This document shows positions 25,972 to 32,000 of a DNA stretch of 32,000 nucleotides, in pieces. Position numbers and translations under genes: made by a program. This DNA comes from Xanthomonas campestris pv. campestris str. ATCC 33913 (GTDB lineage Bacteria > Pseudomonadota > Gammaproteobacteria > Xanthomonadales > Xanthomonadaceae). Location: positions 1,657,436-1,689,435 of the forward strand of contig NC_003902.1 of the NCBI RefSeq assembly GCF_000007145.1, read 5' to 3'. How positions within the stretch are numbered: the first letter of the stretch is position 1; each line of letters starts with the position of its first letter. Below the pieces are notes generated by a model, which saw only the letters and a list, made by a program, of their open reading frames with translations, ran no database searches and was not told where the DNA came from.

Positions 25972-27669
25972 TCACACGCTGCCCGGCGTCACCGCGCTGA
26001 CCACCTGATTGCGCCCGGCCTGCTTGGCCCGATACAGCGCCTCGTCGGCCTTGCGCAGCAACTGCGCGGCGTTGCCTGCATGCCCGGGAAAGGTCGCGAC
26101 GCCGAACGAGGCGGTGATCTTGGGCAGTGACACGCCATCGGCCATTACCTGCAGGCCATCGATGCCGGCGCGTAATTTCTCCGCCATCGCGCTGGCGGTG
26201 GCCAGGTCGACCTCGGGCAGGATGATGGTCAGTTCCTCGCCGCCGTAGCGGCAGCAGATGTCTTCGCCGCGGGTCTGCGCCAGCAGCAGTTCGCCGATCG
26301 CAGCAAGCACGCGGTCGCCGCCACTGTGGCCATGCAGGTCGTTGAATTGCTTGAAATGGTCCACGTCCAGCATCAGCACCGACAGTGGCTGCACGCGTCG
26401 GGTGCAGCGCGACAGCTCGTGGTTGAGCGCTTCTTCCAGATAGCGGCGGTTGAACAGGCCGGTCAGCGGGTCACGGATGGATTGCTGGCGCAGCGTCTCG
26501 CGCAGGCGCAGGTTGTGCAGCGCCAACGACAATTGTTCGGCGGCCGCCTCGGCCACGGTCAGCGAGGCCAGTTCCTGCGCGTTGTCGCCGCGCAGCGCGA
26601 GCATGCCCAGCTGGGTGCCCTGTGCCGACAATGGAATGCAGACCGTGCTCGCATGCGGCGGAAGATTGACGCCGGCATGCTGGCAGACCATGCCTACGCT
26701 GGCGTCCTCCACCAGGTGAGTGCGGTCGCGTCGCAGTGCCCAGCACTCTTCGGGCGCGATGCTCCCGCGTTCGCCATCGGCCAGCGTTCCCCACGCCGCC
26801 ACCTGCTCGGCGCGATCGCGCGAGGCGCGCAGCAGATACACCGCGCCCGACACACCGGGCACCAGCGGGGCGATCGTGCGCGCCGTGATTTCCAGGGCTT
26901 CTTCCGCGTTGCGGCAGTTCTGCAGCAGGCCCGAATAGCGCGCCAGCGCTTCCAATCCTGCCGAGGTGCGTTCCAACGTGCTGAACGATTCGGCCAGCCG
27001 CGTGCTGCTCGTGCTGGCTTCTTCCTCGGCACGCACACGGCGGGCCAATTCGCGCGACAACAGCCGGTAGGCCAGCACCATGACCAATAGCCCGGACAAA
27101 ATGCCGATCGCCGTCATCCACAGCACCCAGCGCGCGCTGTCGTGGTTGGCCTGGGTGCGCGACACCAGCTGCCGGCGCTCCAGTTCGCCCATCAGTTGCA
27201 CCTGCCGGCGCAGCGCCGAAGAGGTCTGGAACACGCCCTTGGCGATGGAGGCGCGCGCGCCATCCAGCCCGGTGGCGCGATAGCTGTGCAATAGGTCGTT
27301 GATCTGCACCAGGCGCATGTCCACCAGCTTGTCCAGCGCGGCCACGTTGCGCAGTTGCAGGGGGTTGTCCTGCACCAACACCTCAAGCCGTGCAATGCGC
27401 CCGGGCAGGCGCCCGATGGCGTCGGCATGCACGCCCAGAAAGGCCTCGTTGTCGGTCAGCACGAAGCCACGCGCCGACGACTCCGCCGACAGCAGCCCGG
27501 CCTGGATCTCGTCGATGCTGGCAATGACTTCCTGCGTATGCGAGACCCACGCGGCCGCCGTCAGCGACTGCCGCGAGGTGATGTAGCCACCGACGCCGAT
27601 CAACACAAAGATCAGCCCGCCGAGCATCAAGGCCCCGGCGGCGTGGCGTTTTGCTTTTCTGGTCAACAC
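25972..27669 (-). CDS. CHASE3 - TM - GAF - GGDEF sensor diguanylate cyclase
   Basis: A periplasmic CHASE3-like region (WVSHTQEVIASIDEIQAGLLSAESSARGFVLT...) lies between two TM helices, followed by a GAF-like region and then DPLTGLFNRR, DVDHFKQFND.HGH..GD and RYGGEEL. The start is ambiguous: GTG at 27669 after GGGGA is preferred, TTG at 27711 is the longest, and there is also an ATG at 27627. Confidence 0.85.
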   Translation of the reverse strand: MLTRKAKRHAAGALMLGGLIFVLIGVGGYITSRQSLTAAAWVSHTQEVIASIDEIQAGLLSAESSARGFVLTDNEAFLGVHADAIGRLPGRIARLEVLVQDNPLQLRNVAALDKLVDMRLVQINDLLHSYRATGLDGARASIAKGVFQTSSALRRQVQLMGELERRQLVSRTQANHDSARWVLWMTAIGILSGLLVMVLAYRLLSRELARRVRAEEEASTSSTRLAESFSTLERTSAGLEALARYSGLLQNCRNAEEALEITARTIAPLVPGVSGAVYLLRASRDRAEQVAAWGTLADGERGSIAPEECWALRRDRTHLVEDASVGMVCQHAGVNLPPHASTVCIPLSAQGTQLGMLALRGDNAQELASLTVAEAAAEQLSLALHNLRLRETLRQQSIRDPLTGLFNRRYLEEALNHELSRCTRRVQPLSVLMLDVDHFKQFNDLHGHSGGDRVLAAIGELLLAQTRGEDICCRYGGEELTIILPEVDLATASAMAEKLRAGIDGLQVMADGVSLPKITASFGVATFPGHAGNAAQLLRKADEALYRAKQAGRNQVVSAVTPGSV

Positions 27670-27814
27670 CGTGTTCCCCAAACAACGATCGTCTGGTCGA
27701 GTCCGATGCAAGCGCCGTGCCTATGCTTCACTTCGCTTGCCCGGTGGCGGCACGGGGTCGCCTGCGCGCGGAGGCGGCGGTATCCTTGTGGCGAGTCATT
27801 GAGCCGAGCACGCG

Positions 27815-28057
27815 TTGGTCATTTTTCTTGGGCGTTACCAGTTGTCGTGCAATGCGCTGCCGCACCCTGCCCAAGGGTGGCGCGCGGACTGGCGCATCCA
27901 GCAGGTGGGTGCATCCAAGGCCGGCGATCTGGCTCGCGGCGAGCTCTCGCCCCTGTTTACCGACCACCGCAGCGCCATGTCCGCCGCCCGTGCCGCCGGC
28001 ATGGTGATCCTGGAAGCCATGCACGCCGACGCCCAGCGGCAGCTCGAATACGCCTGA
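27815..28057 (+). CDS. hypothetical protein or gene remnant
   Basis: The last ~66 codons have about 85% G/C at third positions by hand count, which is coding-like. The first ~14 codons do not. There is no in-frame ATG in the first ~50 codons (TTG or GTG candidates only) and no recognisable family. Confidence 0.3.
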   Translation: MVIFLGRYQLSCNALPHPAQGWRADWRIQQVGASKAGDLARGELSPLFTDHRSAMSAARAAGMVILEAMHADAQRQLEYA

Positions 28058-28358
28058 GCACTGGCATCGCTTCTCGCCCACGCCGCCTGAATTCCAAGGC
28101 CTTCGGCGTTCGATCTCGGGCCGACGCGATTAAAGGCCGGCTGGCGAGGCCGGGCTTGGGAGGTCATGTCGCCCGCCTTGACGGTGTCGGCGCACGGGCC
28201 AAACTGGCGGTGAAGATTCCCTTTTTGACTTGCTCTAGCAAGCTGCCTGCCGAGCGCATATTGCCTGCCGGCAGGCATGCGTGTTCTGCGAACACACTGG
28301 CACGCCACTTGCTGCTGTCTCTCTACGAGCGCTGGGGAGCGCGCCAAAGAGAGCAGGA

Positions 28359-28529
28359 ATGGAAGAGCACACCAAACAGGCCTTCGTCATGCTGCGACAG
28401 GAAGCCACCGAATTGCTGGCCCTGTTCGACCGCCTATGCTGCGATACCGCGCCAGCGACCCCGATGCAGGGCAATGAGGTCGAGCCGGTCCGCGCGCATC
28501 CGCCACAGACCGGTGACGTCACTCTCTGA
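28359..28529 (+). CDS. small hypothetical protein (56 aa)
   Basis: ATG at 28359 preceded by GAGCAGGA. MEEHTKQAFVMLRQEATELLALFDRL... Codon bias is moderately G/C3-rich. No family was recognised, and it may be non-coding. Confidence 0.3.
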   Translation: MEEHTKQAFVMLRQEATELLALFDRLCCDTAPATPMQGNEVEPVRAHPPQTGDVTL

Positions 28530-28595
28530 CGCGCTGCGTCCACTGTCGGGCTGGGCGAGACGCATCACGGTCATGTTGTGGTGATCTGCTGTGCC

Positions 28596-28622
28596 GCCAC
28601 TGCCACTGCCACTGCCACTGCC
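28596..28622. repeat. hexanucleotide microsatellite (GCCACT)x4 plus a partial copy
   Basis: Four perfect copies plus GCC, counted by hand. They generate the artefactual QWQWQWQW ORF on the minus strand. Confidence 0.9.
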
Positions 28623-28785
28623 CGTGCCGGCGCCGGCGCTTCGCGCTACCGCCCGCTAACGAGGCGGCACTGTAAACACTCGTGAGCAAGCAGGGCGGCG
28701 CTGCACAAAGCCCAGGTACCGGGACCTTCTTGCTGACCGGCGTGACCTGCACGGCAGCACTCTCCAAACGCCCAACACCGCACAT

Positions 28786-28824
28786 GAAAAAGGCCAGTCG
28801 TCTCTCTCGAGAACGCCTGGCCTT
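28786..28824 (-). terminator. Rho-independent terminator on the minus strand (orphan terminator of the displaced RNA-gene 3' end)
   Basis: The minus strand reads AAGGCCAGGCGTTCTCGAGAGAGACGACTGGCCTTTTTCA. The outer stem AAGGCCAG/CTGGCCTT has additional inner pairing and is followed by a T-run. It lies 25 nt downstream (minus sense) of the ...CCACCTCCACCA fragment. Confidence 0.6.
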
Positions 28825-28849
28825 AGTCGGTCGTCTTAGGACCGTTGTT

Positions 28850-28866
28850 TGGTGGAGGTGGGGTCT
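28850..28866 (-). other. 3'-terminal fragment of a tmRNA (ssrA) or tRNA-Ala-type gene: probable island att repeat
   Basis: The minus strand reads AGACCCCACCTCCACCA: acceptor strand CACCTCC, discriminator A, then CCA. This pairs with 5'-GGGGGTG including a G3:U70 pair, the alanine identity element used by tmRNA. No T-loop or remaining gene body lies upstream, so it is a fragment only. Confidence 0.55.
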
Positions 28867-29301
28867 ACCAAAAAATAACGATAAAATACTGATATTAAAG
28901 ATAATTTAATTTTCTTCTGTAGGAATGCCCCCAAATATGCCCCTGGAAAAATATAACGATGAATCGACATTTGGCTGGCTCACGCTGGTCTAAACGCTCT
29001 GAGTTGCGCAATTGGCGCCTCGCAATCCTGATCTCGCTTCCATCCAGGATGTCCGAGCGCACGACACAGGAGGATGGGAGGTTCAGGAGTCTAGCCATCT
29101 AGCCTTGTGGTCAGACATACTTCCCCAACGCTTGGGGAAGCTGCGGGATTGATCGTAGCTGGGCGTTGATAAGGGCCTAAAAGTGAAAGGACTCGTCATT
29201 GACGAACCGTGGATCTCATTGATCCTGAGTGGCCAGAAGACCTGGGAGATGCGCTCCCGCGCAACGTCCATTCGTGGTCGCATCGCGTTAATCAAAAAGG
29301 G

Positions 29302-29310
29302 ATCCGGAAC
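29302..29310. repeat. target-site duplication, left copy (ATCCGGAAC)
   Basis: Identical 9-mer directly abutting both IS ends (29302-29310 and 30661-30669). Confidence 0.85.
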
Positions 29311-30660
29311 CTGAGGTTTCCCCACATTTCCTCCTGGCAAATCAATCACTTGCGACGTAATTGCCTGGAAGAAAGTGCGCGCATGGCGCAATCTTCAAGG
29401 TGACTAAGCCAGAGAAGGTTGACGACCATGCGCGCCAGCGAAGTATTGCAGAAGTGCCTGCCCAACTCACTGTCCGGGATGCATGCGTTGCGCGAACGCG
29501 CGTTGCTGCATGCGGTCGAGGCGTTGTTGCACGGACGCAGGCTGACACTGATGGACATCGCACGTTCGTGGCCGAGCGCACTGCGGGTGCGCGCGCCGCT
29601 CAAGGCAGTTGATCGCCTGTTGAGTAATCGCAATTTGCAGGTCGAGCGATCAGTGATCGACCACGAGATGGCGCACTGGCTGCTGCGCGGCGCGCAGCCG
29701 GTAATCGTCATCGACTGGAGCGATCTGAAGCCAGACAAATCGTGGTGTCTGCTGCGCGCAGCGGTGCCGGTGGGCGGCCGCACGCTTACCTTGCTGGACA
29801 TGGTAGTGCCAGGAAAGCAGCAGGGATCGCCTGGTGCAGAAAGACGCTTCTTGCAACAACTGAGGGCACTGGTTCCGGACGATGTTCGCCCGATCCTGGT
29901 CACTGACGCCGGCTTCCGGACACCGTGGTTCCGCGCTGTATCGGCCATGGGCTGGTGTTGGGTTGGGCGACTGCGCGGGCGCACGCAAGTCAAGCCGCAG
30001 GACGTGCGGGATGAAGCAGATCAGTGGATCGACAGCCGGAAACTGCATGTGTTGGCGTCCAATCGTGCATGCGAGTTACCGCCGATGCAGGCCAATCGCA
30101 GCGATCCACTCGATTGCAGGTTGGTGATTTACGCCAAGGCACGGCAAGGGCGCAAACAGTGCAATCGCCGCTCACCCGCCAAAGTCTCGCGTGCGTCATC
30201 GAGTCTGAAGGCCGCAGCGCGCGAGCGCGAGCCTTGGCTCATCGTTGCATCCCCGCAGCTGCAGGCGCCCAGCGCAAAGCAGTTGGTCAATGTGTACGCA
30301 CGACGGATGCAGATCGAGCTTGCATTTCGCGATCTGAAATCACATCGCTACGGCCAGGCGCTGGAAGACAGTTTGACCCGACGCGGCGAGCGACTGCAGA
30401 TCCTGCTGCTGATCAATACGTTGGCTGCATTCGCCAGCTGGTTGGCGGGGCTGGGATGCGAAGCGACCGGTATCGCCCAGTGGCTGTCTCCTCGCAACAG
30501 CACACGCAAGCTTTACTCCACGCTACGCATCGGCCGAGAAGCGCTGGTCAGGCAGTGGCCGATGGAACCCGTCTCACGGTGGATAGGGCGCTTGCGCGCA
30601 CTGCCTGCGGCAGTGCGCGAGCAGATGACGCTTACGGTGTAAAACGTGGGGATACCTTAG
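29311..30660 (+). mobile_element. IS4-family, IS10-like insertion sequence (1350 bp), apparently intact
   Basis: Terminal inverted repeats CTGAGGTTTCCCCACATTT (left) and CTAAGGTATCCCCACGTTT (right, reverse complement) match at 16 of 19 positions and resemble the IS10 ends (CTGAGAGATCCCC...). A single 404-aa transposase ORF fills the element, which is flanked by a 9-bp TSD as for IS10. Confidence 0.9.
29428..30642 (+). CDS. IS4-family (IS10-like) DDE transposase
   Basis: ATG at 29428 after GAGAAGG. Colinear with the IS10 transposase as recalled: LTL..I.R..P......LK..DRLL.N..L..ER, VIVIDWSDL, VTDAGFRTPWF, GW.W.GR.RG and QLVN.Y..RMQIE..FRDLKS..YG (YREK region). Confidence 0.9.
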   Translation: MRASEVLQKCLPNSLSGMHALRERALLHAVEALLHGRRLTLMDIARSWPSALRVRAPLKAVDRLLSNRNLQVERSVIDHEMAHWLLRGAQPVIVIDWSDLKPDKSWCLLRAAVPVGGRTLTLLDMVVPGKQQGSPGAERRFLQQLRALVPDDVRPILVTDAGFRTPWFRAVSAMGWCWVGRLRGRTQVKPQDVRDEADQWIDSRKLHVLASNRACELPPMQANRSDPLDCRLVIYAKARQGRKQCNRRSPAKVSRASSSLKAAAREREPWLIVASPQLQAPSAKQLVNVYARRMQIELAFRDLKSHRYGQALEDSLTRRGERLQILLLINTLAAFASWLAGLGCEATGIAQWLSPRNSTRKLYSTLRIGREALVRQWPMEPVSRWIGRLRALPAAVREQMTLTV

Positions 30661-30669
30661 ATCCGGAAC
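30661..30669. repeat. target-site duplication, right copy (ATCCGGAAC)
   Basis: See the left copy. The sequences are identical. Confidence 0.85.
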
Positions 30670-31277
30670 CATCGTCGGCGTTGCTGATTTGGTTGACTGC
30701 ATCGGCCCCTTCGACGCCACTGCCTGGCGCGCACACGCCGACAAACACTGTATTCCCATAGAGCGCGAAGAGCTGGCCATGCGCTGGAACGTCGCTTGGG
30801 CGCTTAGTAGGGCGACTCCACTGGCGCGATCGGTCAGCTACGACCATCCTTCCGGTGCTGTTACGTGGGTCAATCTCGACGATGAGGTTGTGGCCCAACT
30901 CCAGCTTGGTGCCAGCCATCTCAAGATTCCTCAGAAGCTGCCGTTAACCCTAGGAACGAACCTCCAGCCTAAGAATCTGCCGGAGCAGCGATTCACACTT
31001 GAAGATGCGGGCGCGGTGCCTATTGGCGTATTGATACCGGTCGCCAGTGATGGCACGTGGTTCTCGCCCGATTTGAAGAGAGGGCGCGGGTACACCATCT
31101 GCGCCAAGGGTGAGGAGATTGTGGTGGAGAGCTATCTAGAAGCTCTCTCGCAACTTCGCCTGATTCCTAAGCCGCGCTGGCGGAGACCAAATGCCGGTGG
31201 CAACTGGGGAATCATGACTGGGGTGAAGTGGGAAGACGCCAGTAAGTTGACAAGCTAATACAGGGGATTTAGAAGAA

Positions 31278-32000
31278 ATGAACGTGCTTTGGATCGCGGC
31301 GACTGGCGATTGGCTACATGCTCTGATTGCGTCGATCATCGCAGTCCTTTTTCTCTGTTTTCTCTTCTTTGTCTTGTTCCGGGCGAGCGCGCTTCTGGTG
31401 TCATTGAAGCGACTCGGTAATGCTGTTCGGCTGCTGACAGGGAAATCGCCCCCCCTCGTCAAGCGGGAACTCAGCAAGCTCTTTGCCAACAGTCGCCTCC
31501 AGCCGAACTGGGCCGAGTACGAGGACACGTTGCATGAGCAGACCGCCAATCAAGGTATTGATCGAGAAATCGTAGCCGTTCGTGCAACCGTCCCCGCAGA
31601 ATCGTTCTTCAATGCGGAGCTGGTGGTTGATAGCACGCTGCACACAGAGTTCTTCAAGCATCTTCCTGGGATTTTTACCGGGCTCGGAATCATCGCGACC
31701 TTCAGTGGGCTCATTGCAGGCTTACAAAGCTTCGACGTCAAGGCGGTAGAGCCGGACGCGCTGAAAGCAAGTCTCGGCGGTCTTTTCGGCCACGTTGGCA
31801 GTGCGTTTCTTCTTTCTGCGGTTGCTATTGGTCTCGCGATGATCTGCACGATCGTCGAAAAAATCCTCTATGCAGCAAACGTGCATGCGATCACGTCGAT
31901 CGCGCTGGCGCTGGATGGTCTTTTCAAGTCTGGTGTCGGCGAGGAATACCTTTCCAAATTGGTGAGGTCTTCTGAAGATGGTGCTGTACAGACAAAGCAG
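31278..32000 (+). CDS. MotA/TolQ/ExbB-type proton-channel protein, ZorA-like; 5' part only (runs off the right edge)
   Basis: ATG at 31278, 241 codons with no stop to the window end (hand-translated, absent from the track). TM1 is LHALIASIIAVLFLCFLFFVLF, followed by a ~90-aa soluble insert. Then FFKHLPGIFTGLGIIATFSGLIAGL and GGLFGHVGSAFLLSAVAIGLAMICTIVEKIL (MotA/ExbB channel signature), then LFKSGVGEEYLSKLVRSSEDG and onward. Confidence 0.7.
   Translation, partial: MNVLWIAATGDWLHALIASIIAVLFLCFLFFVLFRASALLVSLKRLGNAVRLLTGKSPPLVKRELSKLFANSRLQPNWAEYEDTLHEQTANQGIDREIVAVRATVPAESFFNAELVVDSTLHTEFFKHLPGIFTGLGIIATFSGLIAGLQSFDVKAVEPDALKASLGGLFGHVGSAFLLSAVAIGLAMICTIVEKILYAANVHAITSIALALDGLFKSGVGEEYLSKLVRSSEDGAVQTKQ

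Larger units (their letters stand above)
29183..31258 (+). pseudogene. ASCH-domain protein gene with an unknown C-terminal domain, interrupted by an IS10-like insertion
   Basis: The 5' part (GTG 29183 to 29311) encodes VKGLVIDEPWISLILSGQKTWEMRSRATSIRGRIALIKKGSGT and then meets TGA inside the IS end. After removing the IS plus one TSD copy, the frame continues exactly into the track ORF 30689-31258 (IVGVADLVDCIGPF...HCIPIE...AWALSRATPL...PSGAVTWVNL). The reconstructed protein is 238 aa. The motif pattern is typical of ASCH/PUA-like domains. Confidence 0.75.

Noticed and set aside
28519-28785. An 88-aa minus-strand ORF with QWQWQWQW.
   Set aside because: The Gln-Trp run is the translated (GCCACT)n microsatellite. 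The remainder is Arg/Pro-rich with no start context.
28850-28930. A possible complete tRNA or tmRNA gene on the minus strand ending in CCACCTCCACCA.
   Set aside because: Only the last ~14-17 nt look RNA-gene-like. The positions that should form the T-arm and loop are AAAAAATAACGATAAAATACTG, with no TTCRA loop or complementary stems. It was therefore interpreted as an att-type fragment.
28895-29098. A 67-aa minus-strand ORF in the AT-rich DNA just inside the island.
   Set aside because: It has no RBS, a codon composition unlike either the core or the island genes, and no motifs. The region is more likely the non-coding island terminus or promoter DNA.

Overview
This is a high-GC gammaproteobacterial chromosome segment. 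The encoded proteins look Xanthomonas/Stenotrophomonas-like, which is an inference from protein motifs recalled from memory, since no search was possible.

Positions 1 to about 28.85 kb read as ordinary core genome:
- a TcdA-like E1 enzyme, a TatD hydrolase and a Gly-zipper protein
- glutaryl-CoA dehydrogenase
- a large DUF3857/transglutaminase membrane protein
- a GST, an AsnB-type amidotransferase and an FMN reductase
- dnaB, photolyase and an OmpA-family lipoprotein
- a ~680-bp repeat- and hairpin-rich non-coding tract
- a divergent LysR regulator plus a five-gene SDR-MFP-RND-SDR-OMF efflux operon, with the same layout as S. maltophilia smeRv / smeU1-V-W-U2-X (MexEF-OprN type)
- two GGDEF diguanylate cyclases flanking a small acidic ORF

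At 28850-28866 there is a short 3' fragment of a tmRNA/tRNA-Ala-type acceptor end. Its orphan terminator follows on the minus strand. GC content drops abruptly at this point, so the last ~3.1 kb looks like the distal end of an integrated genomic island.

The island carries an ASCH-domain gene split by an intact IS10-like element with a 9-bp target duplication. Nineteen nt downstream is an edge-truncated MotA/ExbB-type gene with ZorA-like features. These are probably the first genes of a Zorya-like or related membrane-anchored anti-phage module whose remaining genes lie beyond the window.

Most long track ORFs lying antisense to the called genes are high-GC shadow ORFs. The two ORFs truncated by the window edges are missing from the supplied track and were translated by hand.
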